Shown: positions 20,259 through 30,335 of the stretch, in pieces
How the letters are laid out: the number at the start of each line of letters is the position of its first letter
How positions within the stretch are numbered: the first letter of the stretch is position 1
Origin: Candidatus Anstonellales archaeon
GTDB taxonomy: Archaea; Micrarchaeota; Micrarchaeia; Anstonellales; J096
Direction: 5' to 3'
DNA: 64,000 nt
NCBI GenBank assembly: GCA_038890615.1
Contig: JAWAFI010000003.1
Location: forward strand, 6,477 to 70,476
Notes under the pieces: generated by a model
Database searches by the model: none
The model's input: only the letters and a program-made list of their open reading frames with translations
What the model was told of the DNA's origin: nothing
Translations under genes and position numbers: made by a program

Positions 20259-23200
20259 CTATTCCTCAATCTCTTCATCTTCTTTTATGTTGCTTGCCCT
20301 CTTTGAGATTCCCATAAGTATTGGCAGGGCCTCATTTATTCCATTCACTATTTCTTCAGCACCTTTTTCATTCCATGGAGAAGTGTAAGTTTTTATGATA
20401 GGGCTTAACCCCTCCTTTATCTTTGCCTCAGAAGAATCCAAGTTATAGGTTGGGGAAACAAGCATTGCCACAAGCCCTGCATCTTGGTACTGCGGACCCT
20501 TTACATTCCTTGTCTTTTCCCTGTAAACCTTGGCATATTTCCTTAGTTCCTTCAACTGCTTTATTATTCCTTTTATATCCCCAGCATTATCCCCAAAGTC
20601 AGTGAAAAATACGAAAAGTATTGAAGGTGCAACAGCCAACTCTTTTTTCCAGAGATGAGCAACAACCTCATCTTGTATCTCCTCCATCCTTTTCTGGAAG
20701 TTTCTGAGCATACCTGGTATGTCAGTCCCTCCCCCTGTTGATTCAAAATCATAGAAAACACGCACCATCGAGGGGTCTGAGGGGCTTTTTTCCACAGTGA
20801 ATTCAGTTGCGTCTATGTCAACAAGGGTGTCATCAGAAGCCACGGAAATTAGCCTTACCTTTACAAGTGTGTCTTTCTTTCCTTTGGAAAGTATTTTCTG
20901 CGCAGCGATAAGTGCAAGCGCATGTTTCTTGGCAACTTCTTCTCTTTCAGGATCGCTCATGCTTCCGCTTGTGTCAATAACAAGGTAAATGTTGATCGGC
21001 CTTATTCTCAGCTCGCTGCCTTTTTCGCTTGTCTGTATAAGCTTCCTCTCAAAGCTTCGCTCTAATCCCTTTATGTCTCCTGAATAAACGCTCTCAACAA
21101 ACTTCCTTATGTTGACATTTCCTTTCTTCCCAACTTCAGGCACAACCGTGAATTCCCCTTCTTTTATTCTGCTCAATAAATTAATATACTTGTCAACAAT
21201 CTCTTTCTCAATTAATTGGTCGTAAGGCATCTTCTGCTTCTCCTTGATTTTGAAATTCTGCTCCTTTGCATCTTCCCTCTCCTTTTCCTCCGTATCACTT
21301 CTACCTCTTTTATCAGTCTTTTTAGGATGCACTGGCGCCTTCTCATGCGCCTCATCACTTTCTTTTTCCATCTTGTTGACCTCCTTGCCGCGCTCGCCCT
21401 TTCCATCTTTAGGGCTTTTTTTGTTGGCAGGAGATCCTCCTCTTCCTTTTCTCCTTACTCCATCCCCACCCTCAAATTCTTCTCCTCCCTCGTCTTCTTC
21501 TTCCCCCTCTGAATAGAGCTCAATTATCTCTACTTTTACATCCCTGAACACAACAGCAAGCGCAAGGTATTCCATAGAGGCTTCTAAAGCCCTATTCATG
21601 GATTTTTCAATGCCTCCTGGTCCTTTTATCGGAACCCCTTTGCTGTCAACTGGAACTAAGTATCTCATCAACCTATCAAGTTCCTCTACGAATATAGCAG
21701 TTTCTGGGTTATTGGAATGGAAGAACATAGGATAAAGCGGTCCTAGTTTTGTTTTGAGAAGGGTTAGAGCCATTAATTCAGTCAATGAATCCTCTTCAGC
21801 AGGGCTAATAATTTTCCCTCCTTCTTCCTTACTGCCTTTTACCAACTCATCCCCTTTTAATTTCTGTTTGCTTGCATCTTCTATCTGCTTCCTAAGGTCC
21901 TCTGCCCTTTCCTTATGTGCAGCCCAAAGCAAGGTATAAACTCCCATCCTATAAGCTGCCCTGAAATTTTCTATAGAGTCATTAGGCATTTCGCCAAGTG
22001 CTTGAATTACCTCATCTGGCCCATCTGATTGTGTAAATGCAGCATCTATTTTGTAGTCCTCAAAAACATTTAAGAGATATTCAAATCCAATTTGAGGAAA
22101 CAGAAAAACAAATGATTTTATATCTTCATCCCATTTTTTTATGTCGTTTCCGTACATTTCCTTTCCTGTCTTGAGCATAACATCCATTAAAGTTTTTGCT
22201 ATATCTTCCATAATCACCTCTTTTTTATTCCTTTTACTTAGATTGAACTTTGAATCAACCTCTTCGGTAGCTTTTCGAATAACCAAATTTATGAAGCTTT
22301 CAAGCTTTCTTAGCCTTTCAACTCTTTCTGGGGTGAACATGTCATTGAACATTTTCTGCGTGGCAAAAAGGTCAACCCTTGGCTCTGCTGAAATGTCAAA
22401 AATAAAGCTGCCTTCCTCAATGTGCCCAACCTCATGCCTCATAAATTTAAAGAAGAGCAGAGAATTCATTTCTTCTGTATTGAAAAATGTTAAAAATGGT
22501 TTTATGAAAATGTTCCTGTTGTTTGTGGCAGCAGGGGCTTTCAAGTCAATAGTGTAACTTAGCATATGCTGATACTTTGGAAAGAGATAAGAAATATCAG
22601 TGCCTAGAAAAAGAGATAAACCATGCTTTTGGGCAGGCAGCCTGCTTGTTCCTGTGTTTATTCCCAAGTCGATTACTCTGCACCCTTTTGCATCCAAAAA
22701 ATCCCTTATGTCATTGTCCGGAACAGTATACAGAAAAGAATTAACTACCTCTGGAAAAACAGATAATCCTTTGTTGCTCTTCATTTCATTGAATAAATAA
22801 TTCAAAAATTCGTCCTTTGAAGCTCCTATTTCTCCCTTCTTTACCCTTTCAACCATATCTCGGTTCACCATAGGAAGGGAATCAAGCAGACCTTCAAGCC
22901 CCCCAAGCTTTTCTACCACCCATTCTAGGTCCCTTTTTGGTATGCCCTCTTCAAGAGAAATAATAGAATGCAGAGCCTCACTAAGGTTTCTTTTTACCTC
23001 TGACGGCTTTTCATTTATGCTAAAAAATTTCATCACTAAAAACTCAAGGTAAGGTACTAGCCCATACTTTGTATCTGTAATAGATGGGAAAAAAACCAAC
23101 GCAGGATTGTTAAATTCCTTTACTATCTGTGCTTCCACTGCTTCTGGTGGGTATTTTATATTGTTGCTTTTAATAATGTCTGCGGCAAGTATAGCTCCTG

Positions 23201-23864
23201 CAATTGCCCTCGAAAAGCTGCCTTTATGATAATTTAGAATCAAATACGACTCTTTTTTCATATGATTTTTTATTTGCTTGCATATGCTCTCTATGAAACC
23301 ATCATACTTCCCCCTTTTTATTTCGTTTACTGTGCCCTCAAGAATTTTAGGGTTAATCTCCAAAAGGAATTGAGCAACCGAATCCTTTATCAATTTTTCT
23401 TGTCCCAACATATAATAATCTGAAAAGAACGAAACCGTACAATCAAAGGCCTTCTGCACACACACTTCCAGCTCATGTATTGCCTCGTCTTTCTTCCCTT
23501 CAAACCTTTTGTCATTATATACTGTCAATCCTACTTTAAGGAGCATAAAAGAATCTTCTAAGAGGCTTTCAATAACCCTTTCAAGGGTAATTTTCATTGC
23601 AAACTTATTATCCGTATACTTAGATTCCTTTACAAGCTCCTGCACTAATTGGGTAATCTTTTGTCTAAGGAAATCCTTTGCTTCTGAGTTATTTCCACCA
23701 AACTTCAAAAGCAATTGCCTAAATCCTTCAACTGTAATGTAGCTGTCCAGCTCACTCTTCAATTTCGCTAATAAAGAGTGCTTCTCTTCATCAATCAACC
23801 CTTCTCCTTTGAAAAGCGATCTTCTCTTTTGATTTTGTTCATTTTCTATAATTTTTACACTCAT
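20259..23864 (-). CDS. Large VWA (MIDAS) protein with HEXXH motif and charged low-complexity linker (CobT/NorD/CbbO-like architecture)
   Basis: RHEVGH (HEVGH at 22422-22436), LLNVFEDYKID, EGEEEDEGGEEFEGG linker, YLVIDTSGSM (DxSxS at 20961-20975), GGGTD, FFTD. Confidence 0.85.
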   Translation of the reverse strand: MSVKIIENEQNQKRRSLFKGEGLIDEEKHSLLAKLKSELDSYITVEGFRQLLLKFGGNNSEAKDFLRQKITQLVQELVKESKYTDNKFAMKITLERVIESLLEDSFMLLKVGLTVYNDKRFEGKKDEAIHELEVCVQKAFDCTVSFFSDYYMLGQEKLIKDSVAQFLLEINPKILEGTVNEIKRGKYDGFIESICKQIKNHMKKESYLILNYHKGSFSRAIAGAILAADIIKSNNIKYPPEAVEAQIVKEFNNPALVFFPSITDTKYGLVPYLEFLVMKFFSINEKPSEVKRNLSEALHSIISLEEGIPKRDLEWVVEKLGGLEGLLDSLPMVNRDMVERVKKGEIGASKDEFLNYLFNEMKSNKGLSVFPEVVNSFLYTVPDNDIRDFLDAKGCRVIDLGINTGTSRLPAQKHGLSLFLGTDISYLFPKYQHMLSYTIDLKAPAATNNRNIFIKPFLTFFNTEEMNSLLFFKFMRHEVGHIEEGSFIFDISAEPRVDLFATQKMFNDMFTPERVERLRKLESFINLVIRKATEEVDSKFNLSKRNKKEVIMEDIAKTLMDVMLKTGKEMYGNDIKKWDEDIKSFVFLFPQIGFEYLLNVFEDYKIDAAFTQSDGPDEVIQALGEMPNDSIENFRAAYRMGVYTLLWAAHKERAEDLRKQIEDASKQKLKGDELVKGSKEEGGKIISPAEEDSLTELMALTLLKTKLGPLYPMFFHSNNPETAIFVEELDRLMRYLVPVDSKGVPIKGPGGIEKSMNRALEASMEYLALAVVFRDVKVEIIELYSEGEEEDEGGEEFEGGDGVRRKGRGGSPANKKSPKDGKGERGKEVNKMEKESDEAHEKAPVHPKKTDKRGRSDTEEKEREDAKEQNFKIKEKQKMPYDQLIEKEIVDKYINLLSRIKEGEFTVVPEVGKKGNVNIRKFVESVYSGDIKGLERSFERKLIQTSEKGSELRIRPINIYLVIDTSGSMSDPEREEVAKKHALALIAAQKILSKGKKDTLVKVRLISVASDDTLVDIDATEFTVEKSPSDPSMVRVFYDFESTGGGTDIPGMLRNFQKRMEEIQDEVVAHLWKKELAVAPSILFVFFTDFGDNAGDIKGIIKQLKELRKYAKVYREKTRNVKGPQYQDAGLVAMLVSPTYNLDSSEAKIKEGLSPIIKTYTSPWNEKGAEEIVNGINEALPILMGISKRASNIKEDEEIEE

Positions 23865-24241
23865 TTTACATCATCCCCAAATATTGGAGAAAGACCTCTT
23901 TCCGTTATTCCGTATTTGGGCGGATTTATTATGCTTGAGAAGACTGGCTCCATAGTTGACCAAGCCTTCTCTGGGTCTTTTTCTGCTTCTTCTATTATAT
24001 TGTCCATTAAGACAAATATAATGAAATTCCTGTAAACCTCTTCAGCAGCCAGCTCATTTATACCCTTACCTTTAGTGGATTTTTGGACAAATGAGCAAAG
24101 CTTTTTTACAAGAGCCTTGTATGCAGTTTCGTGCTTTCTTTTATTCTCCTTGGCAAGGGAAACAAACCTCTTCTGAGCTATTTGCTCAAGCTCTGCAGGC
24201 ATTTCAAGAAGCATGTTCTCAATATTTTCGTGGGTTATCAT
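23861..24241 (-). CDS. Hypothetical protein in the AAA/VWA operon
   Basis: 126-aa ORF; 4-nt gap upstream and ATGA overlap with the VWA gene. Confidence 0.75.
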   Translation of the reverse strand: MITHENIENMLLEMPAELEQIAQKRFVSLAKENKRKHETAYKALVKKLCSFVQKSTKGKGINELAAEEVYRNFIIFVLMDNIIEEAEKDPEKAWSTMEPVFSSIINPPKYGITERGLSPIFGDDVK

Positions 24242-24245
24242 AACG

Positions 24246-27089
24246 TCACCTTTTTGCCTTTGTTGATTGAAGGCTTTTATCGATATATGAGGAAATTATT
24301 TCAGCAAGAAGTTGCTTCTCCTCTTCATTCATCTTTTTAAGTGCTTTTTTCCTTAACTCCTTCTTTTCCTCAGGGTCAATGATCTGACCCTTTAATTCTA
24401 TTTCAGTGTCAATCATATCAGTTATTGAACTTATAGAACTTCTAGTTGCCTTCACAACATCATCAAAATCATTGTTTATTACTTGCAAGCGACCTTTAGG
24501 GTCATTTTTATTTATTAGCATTTTAAGCACAAGAGTAGCCAAATCTTCATCCTGAGTAATGCTCAAAACTACCTCATAGATATAGGCCATGTTCCTTTGG
24601 TCTGCATCAATGTTTATTGTAGTAGCGGCAACCCTTGATAGATCATCTATGAAAATTAATGGTATCACAGACCTGCTAAGGAAATTGTCTAGGATAATAG
24701 AAGAAATATTCATTGTACCCATTATCCTAACATTTGATATATCCAGGATCTCGCCGTCTATATCAACTGAATTTTGGGTAAGCACTGTGTTGAGCTCCTG
24801 GCTAGATTGTACCGAATCTATTTCATTTACGAGTATTATAAAAAGCTTTTCTGGATTTCTTGATGCCTCTCTCAATGTAGAAACGAGCTTGCTTTCTTGC
24901 ATTTTTGCCCTTTTTCCATCTACTGACTCAGCTTCAACATTTGTTGACTTCAAAGTGACTTCATCGCTGTTAAGATTTGAAAACTTGATTTCCTTATAAC
25001 TAAGGCCGAGCTCGTTGTTTAACACTTTAAGAAGATGCGGAACAGCCTCTGCCATTGTTGTTTTACCCTCTTGTGTACTTCCTATATAAAGGAAAAACCT
25101 TTGCCCGCCAATTATTCCGGCAAGTGTTGACAGCAAATAGTAGTAATAAGGTTCTGAGTAAACCAGTGTATCTCCCTCTTGCTTAAGTAAAATAGTATGC
25201 CCTAAACCTTCAACACCCAACATACTCTTCAATTCTCCTGCACCTTTTCTTAATTTACTCCTGAGCTCTTCAGAATCAGGAGTTTCGCTCTGCCTTGTAT
25301 AACTGCCAACATTTAAATGAGTCATAAATCTCATCATGCCAAACAACATTGTAGAGAAAGCCCTTTCGTTACCCAAGAATGGAAATTCCTCCTTCGTCAC
25401 ATTTATTGTTGATTCTTTTAATATTCTCTGCGCCCTTATATTGACCTTGATAACCTCAGGAAGCTTTGCTGAAATATCCTTTTCTTTTATATAATTTAAC
25501 ATCTGATTTAGGAATATGTAGGATGCATATATCCTAAGCATCCCTGCTATTGTTCTTAAACTAGGAAGCATTCTGCTTGAGTAACGCTCAGGATCTGACT
25601 CAAATTCCTTGAATAAGTTTTCATAGTTTTTTATTATTGCCATTGCGAACTCCTTTAATTTTTGCGACTGCTTTTCAAGCATCTTTTTATTTGCTTCTTT
25701 AGGGCTTACTAGCTGGGCTTCAAGCAACTTGATAAGCTTTTCTACATAGCCAGAAATACCATCCTTTCCTAGGAGGAATTCTTCAAGTTTTTCTGGGGTT
25801 AGATAAGTGAACTTTATTGGGTGTACCCTTTCCTCTGTTGATGGATGAAGACCAACAGGGTTTCTTTCATCTGAAGACCTGACATTCCCAGTGCCAAAAA
25901 GCATCAGCATAGATGGTGCAGGGATTAAAAGCCTTACAATCCCTGGTTCTTTTTTTTCATACTTTTCTAAAGCATTCTGGATTTCTAGAACTGCATTTTT
26001 CAGATAAGCTTCAGTATTTCTAATGTCTTCTGAAGAAGCGAGCCCAAACACCTTTCCAATAAGGGTTCTGTCCTTAAGCAAATTGTTTATACTCGCCATT
26101 ATTGACTTAAGGTTTAGGTATGTTTCTTCATTAAGCTTTGAAGGCTCAAAAGAGAAAGAAACAACGTTTTTGTTCAAGAAGAGGTCAAGGAATGTATGGA
26201 GCTCTTTTGGCCTTTTGTCAGCGCTCTGAACATTCCTTGGTATTTCGCTCAGTTCATCAAAAACAAATATGCTTATCTCTCCTTTGAATGCCTTCTCAAG
26301 GGTTTTCAAAAATGGTATTTTATACTGCTCTTTTATAATTTCGCCGTCGCCAATTTTTACTGGTTTTATCAAATATGAGCTAGTTCCTAATGGTTCAGTT
26401 ACTTCGCTTTGCGCAGGCACAACGCATACCTCTATATGAACCCTGTCTTTTTCAGAAGATGGGAATTTCAAATATTCTGGCATTCTTATTAGGTTTCCAA
26501 GAAATCTGAAAACCTCTGCTTTAAGAGCCTTCTTTTCTTCCTCTAGCTCAGTGGCTTGCAAAGGCCTTTCCTTCATATCTGCCTCAATTTCAGAATAATA
26601 AGACACTACTCTTTCGAGCATTTTTGCAACCACACGAGAATCTGAGAACCTTTCTAAGCTTTTCCTAAGGTTCTTTGACCTCATGAACCTATCAAGCATT
26701 TCTTTAAGTTCTGGAACATTTTCTAATGCTTTAAATGCATTTATGCCTTTTTGCACTTCGTAGATATGCGCCAAGCCTTCTAATATTTCCGGCATGGCTG
26801 TAAGCAAGGTATGGGTTTTTCCTGAACCTGGGGGGCCTTCAAGGTAGATCATGCAGGGTTTCCTTTCATTGGAAAGCATCAAACCAATAATCTCATTAGT
26901 CATAGAAATAGAAAAATGTGGGTTTATCCCCCATACCGTAACATAAAGCTCATTAATTTTCAAGAGAGCGTGGCTGAATGCCTTAGATATATCTTCAGCT
27001 GATTGCTTATCAAGAAGCTCCTGCTTTCCAAAATATTTATTTTGCACCACCTTACTAATGGGGCCTCCGTCATCAAATTTGTTTGCCAT
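24246..27089 (-). CDS. Tandem AAA+ ATPase (two MoxR/dynein-related modules)
   Basis: Module 1: EGPPGSGKT, IFVFDE, GTGN, STEER, PSLR. Module 2: GSTQEGKT, IILVNEID, IMGTMN, FLSR. Confidence 0.85.
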   Translation of the reverse strand: MANKFDDGGPISKVVQNKYFGKQELLDKQSAEDISKAFSHALLKINELYVTVWGINPHFSISMTNEIIGLMLSNERKPCMIYLEGPPGSGKTHTLLTAMPEILEGLAHIYEVQKGINAFKALENVPELKEMLDRFMRSKNLRKSLERFSDSRVVAKMLERVVSYYSEIEADMKERPLQATELEEEKKALKAEVFRFLGNLIRMPEYLKFPSSEKDRVHIEVCVVPAQSEVTEPLGTSSYLIKPVKIGDGEIIKEQYKIPFLKTLEKAFKGEISIFVFDELSEIPRNVQSADKRPKELHTFLDLFLNKNVVSFSFEPSKLNEETYLNLKSIMASINNLLKDRTLIGKVFGLASSEDIRNTEAYLKNAVLEIQNALEKYEKKEPGIVRLLIPAPSMLMLFGTGNVRSSDERNPVGLHPSTEERVHPIKFTYLTPEKLEEFLLGKDGISGYVEKLIKLLEAQLVSPKEANKKMLEKQSQKLKEFAMAIIKNYENLFKEFESDPERYSSRMLPSLRTIAGMLRIYASYIFLNQMLNYIKEKDISAKLPEVIKVNIRAQRILKESTINVTKEEFPFLGNERAFSTMLFGMMRFMTHLNVGSYTRQSETPDSEELRSKLRKGAGELKSMLGVEGLGHTILLKQEGDTLVYSEPYYYYLLSTLAGIIGGQRFFLYIGSTQEGKTTMAEAVPHLLKVLNNELGLSYKEIKFSNLNSDEVTLKSTNVEAESVDGKRAKMQESKLVSTLREASRNPEKLFIILVNEIDSVQSSQELNTVLTQNSVDIDGEILDISNVRIMGTMNISSIILDNFLSRSVIPLIFIDDLSRVAATTINIDADQRNMAYIYEVVLSITQDEDLATLVLKMLINKNDPKGRLQVINNDFDDVVKATRSSISSITDMIDTEIELKGQIIDPEEKKELRKKALKKMNEEEKQLLAEIISSYIDKSLQSTKAKR

Positions 27090-27100
27090 TATCTAGCACC

Positions 27101-27649
27101 CTAAACAACTTCTTTGTACACTGCACCTACGCTTTCAATTCTTTCAACTTCTTTTAAAGACCCCCTTTCACTTACAATATCAACAGTCATCAAAAACTTC
27201 TGAAGGTCGTTTGCTTCCAAGTCAAGGGACAAAAGGGCTTCTATAACTTCTGCCTGGTTCATTGTAAGGACATCCTTTGTTGAAGTGCTGTTTATGTTTA
27301 TTTTTGGTATGTTCTCAGGTGCAAGCATTTCCTTCAGCTTGTTCTGATCAAGCCCGTTCATTCTCGCATAAAAGTATACTGCAAGGCCTCCGGAGTTTGC
27401 ACCCTCGCTCTTCAACTTTTTCAGCTCTTCAAATACTTTGGGGAGGAGCATAACTGCTTGCCTAGAAGGGTCTTTCGGGCTTTCGTCAACCGCTTTTTCC
27501 AAAACCGTCTTGTAATAGTAGTCCCAGAGGTGCTTCTCAGCTATAGAAGTAAGTCCGTCAAAAAAGCCGTATTCCCTGGCTTTACTCATGACTGCATCCA
27601 CTATTACCTTGGCTGTCTCCTCGCATTCTGGTTTTGCATCCCCACTCAT
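27101..27649 (-). CDS. Hypothetical protein, first gene of the AAA/VWA operon
   Basis: 182-aa ORF with upstream AGGTGA Shine-Dalgarno; 11 nt from the ATPase start. Confidence 0.75.
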   Translation of the reverse strand: MSGDAKPECEETAKVIVDAVMSKAREYGFFDGLTSIAEKHLWDYYYKTVLEKAVDESPKDPSRQAVMLLPKVFEELKKLKSEGANSGGLAVYFYARMNGLDQNKLKEMLAPENIPKININSTSTKDVLTMNQAEVIEALLSLDLEANDLQKFLMTVDIVSERGSLKEVERIESVGAVYKEVV

Positions 27650-27734
27650 TCTTTCACCTTATCTTATATATTTTTTGCCCTTTTTAATACTTTCTATTAG
27701 CAATTATTAAAAAATATAACGATTACTAATTTTT

Positions 27735-29630
27735 ATGAAGAAACAAATTCTTTTTTTGTTTTTGGTGCTTATCTTCTCCGTAAGTGCAAAGGATTTCAAC
27801 ATAGGCAAGGCAGAGGTTAGCTATGAAATCGAGAAAAACGGGGTTGTAAAAGTAGAGGAAAGAATAACATATAATCTCCTATGCAGAGAAGGGGAGGTTT
27901 TCAAGGAATTGTACATACAAAAACCCCCTGAACTCATTATTTCTAACCCAACAGGGTATTGCGAAGGTGCCTCATGCAAATTCAGAGTAGACGAACCTCA
28001 AAAGTCAGTATCAGGAGATAGAGAACTTATTTTAGCCTTAGACAACAGCAAAAAAGGATCCTGCGGAATAAAAGATGGTAAGGAAACACCAGCAGTCGTA
28101 ACTGCCGTGTTCAATTATGAAGTGAAAAAAGCAATTAAGGTATATCCTGACACTTCCCAATTTTTTTATAAAGTATGGGGGGAAGAATGGTCCAAGCAGG
28201 CGCCTCTTAAAGTAAAAATAATCATGCCTGAAGGAGAAGGAAAGGCCCAATTTTTCATACACAATAATGTTGAGACTGCAGTAAAAGAATATGGGAATAG
28301 CATAGTTTTGGAGGCTATGCAACCGCCAAACACTTTTTTAGAAATAAATTTGCTTATGCCAAAGGAGTGGATTGATGAAAAAAGCCCGGACATAATCTAT
28401 GACCCTAACTACACGAAAGAAGACATAATAAGAATAGAGGAAGAAAGCAAGAAGAAGGTTGAAGAGGCCGAACAGCTGCTTCAATTAATATTTTTTGCTG
28501 ATCTTCTGGCCTATGCCATTATTGCATTTTCTCCGCTTATCCTATGCGCTTATGCTTATTATAAGTATGGAAAGGAGTATTCCCCTGAAGAGGTTGGGTA
28601 TTCTGCTAATATAGAATACGATCCCCCTAACCCTAGGACTTCTCCTGCCGAAGCCCACCTAATTGAAAACGGGGGCATAGAGATAGGAAATGCATTTTTA
28701 GGCACCATCCTTGACCTTGCAGACAAAAACCACATTGGAATAGAAGAAAGGGGAGAAGAAATATATTTAGTAAAAAAAGAAGCAAGCTCTTCAAGCCCTT
28801 TAAAGCCCCATGAAGAAAAGGCCAAGAGAATCATAGATGAAGCGATCCAAGCAACATCAGGAGCAATAAATGAGATAAGCAAAGCTCTTGCCAAAAAAGC
28901 GCAAGAATTAGAAGAATGGCAGAGATTAGTAAAAGAGAGCGCGAATGTGGAAAACCTGATTGATCTTAAAGGGTATAATTTATTCAAAAGTAAGTATATG
29001 CTTTTGCTCTCTCTGCTTGTAATATATGCATTCTTGAACATGCCTCTCCTCTTTATCCTTCAGTCAAACTTTGGATACACCTCTGCAATCAATTTGTTTA
29101 AGGCAGCGGTCCCGTTCCTTATTATCTTTTCATTCATCTATGCTTTCGTAGCAGGCGTATCCCTTTCTTTATTTGCTTATGAGAAGCTGAAAATGATATT
29201 AGGGAGATGGACAAAGGAAGGCAGATTACTTAACTTAAGGTGGGGCAACTTCAAAAAATACCTTTCTGAATACACTCACATAAAAGAGCATCCTCCAATG
29301 AGCATAATTATATGGGATAGGATGCTGGCATATGCCACTGCCTTTGGGATAGCTGATAGAACAGCCGAAGCAATGCAGCTTTATTTGAAGGAGAACCCGG
29401 CAGTAGAAGAAAGGTTTAGGTTAGAGGCAGAAAGTTATGCAGGGAAAAGCGCGTTTTACAAAATGCTGAAAAAGCCAATGATGGTTAGCAAGCTAAAAGC
29501 ATTGAGCACAAACTTAAGCAGGGCGCATGGTGCAAGGAGCATTAGAGTTGGAAAAGGCAGTTATGTTGGTGTAAGGGGTGTAGGAGGGCATGGCGGTGGC
29601 TTTGGCGGAGGAGGGGGCGGTGCCAGATAA
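27735..29630 (+). CDS. DUF2207-family membrane protein
   Basis: Signal peptide, NG.VKVEERITY, W..FKKYL, IWDRMLAYATAFG and a Gly-rich C-terminus GGGFGGGGGGAR. Confidence 0.88.
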   Translation: MKKQILFLFLVLIFSVSAKDFNIGKAEVSYEIEKNGVVKVEERITYNLLCREGEVFKELYIQKPPELIISNPTGYCEGASCKFRVDEPQKSVSGDRELILALDNSKKGSCGIKDGKETPAVVTAVFNYEVKKAIKVYPDTSQFFYKVWGEEWSKQAPLKVKIIMPEGEGKAQFFIHNNVETAVKEYGNSIVLEAMQPPNTFLEINLLMPKEWIDEKSPDIIYDPNYTKEDIIRIEEESKKKVEEAEQLLQLIFFADLLAYAIIAFSPLILCAYAYYKYGKEYSPEEVGYSANIEYDPPNPRTSPAEAHLIENGGIEIGNAFLGTILDLADKNHIGIEERGEEIYLVKKEASSSSPLKPHEEKAKRIIDEAIQATSGAINEISKALAKKAQELEEWQRLVKESANVENLIDLKGYNLFKSKYMLLLSLLVIYAFLNMPLLFILQSNFGYTSAINLFKAAVPFLIIFSFIYAFVAGVSLSLFAYEKLKMILGRWTKEGRLLNLRWGNFKKYLSEYTHIKEHPPMSIIIWDRMLAYATAFGIADRTAEAMQLYLKENPAVEERFRLEAESYAGKSAFYKMLKKPMMVSKLKALSTNLSRAHGARSIRVGKGSYVGVRGVGGHGGGFGGGGGGAR

Positions 29631-29674
29631 AACACACCGAAAGTTTAAAGAACCAGCAGAAGCAAAAATAATGC

Positions 29675-30316
29675 ATGCTTCCAAAGACAAATGAAGAGAT
29701 GGTGGAAGCCCTTGCAGGTGCAGGGTATATAAAAAGCAAAAGGGTAAAGGAAGCATTCTTGAAAACAGATAGGAAAAAATTCATACCTCAGGACTGTGGG
29801 GAATTCTGCTACGCAAACATGCCTTACCAGACTTTAAGAGGGCAGACGATATCAGCGCCTTCAATAGCTGCTGAGATGGTTGAGATGCTTGAAGTGGAAA
29901 GAGGGAATAGGGTGCTTGAGGTAGGCTCTGGGAGCGGCTACCTTCTATGCATACTTTCCTATCTTTCAGAGCCCGGGCTTTGTATAGGGATTGAGCGGAT
30001 AAATGAGCTTGTCGAGTTTGGAAGAAAGAGGCTAAAAGAGGAAGGAAGGGCCAATGCAAAGGTTGAAGAAGGCGATGGCTCAGAAGGGTGGCCTGCAGAG
30101 GCCCCTTATGACAAAATAATATTTTCAGGCGCTATGCCTTCCATTGAATCCTTGGAGACAGCAAAAGAGCAGCTTAAGGAAAAAGGGATAATTGTAGCCC
30201 CAGTAGGCGCCGGGGTTCAGAGATTAGTAAGATGGAAAAATGGTGCTTGGGAGGAAATAGAGGATGTAATTTTTGTTCCTATAATAGGAAAGAAGGGTTT
30301 TAAACTGATAGATTGA
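29675..30316 (+). CDS. pcm: Protein-L-isoaspartate O-methyltransferase
   Basis: GQTISAP, VLEVGSGSGY, GDGSEGWPAEAPYDKI, FVPI. Confidence 0.95.
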   Translation: MLPKTNEEMVEALAGAGYIKSKRVKEAFLKTDRKKFIPQDCGEFCYANMPYQTLRGQTISAPSIAAEMVEMLEVERGNRVLEVGSGSGYLLCILSYLSEPGLCIGIERINELVEFGRKRLKEEGRANAKVEEGDGSEGWPAEAPYDKIIFSGAMPSIESLETAKEQLKEKGIIVAPVGAGVQRLVRWKNGAWEEIEDVIFVPIIGKKGFKLID

Positions 30317-30335
30317 TTTAGTAAAAGGTGGTTTC

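Noticed and set aside
15100-27700. Possible integrated element at tRNA-Leu or around the AT-rich AAA/VWA block
   Set aside because: I found no integrase, transposase or duplicated tRNA 3' end (att site) by eye.
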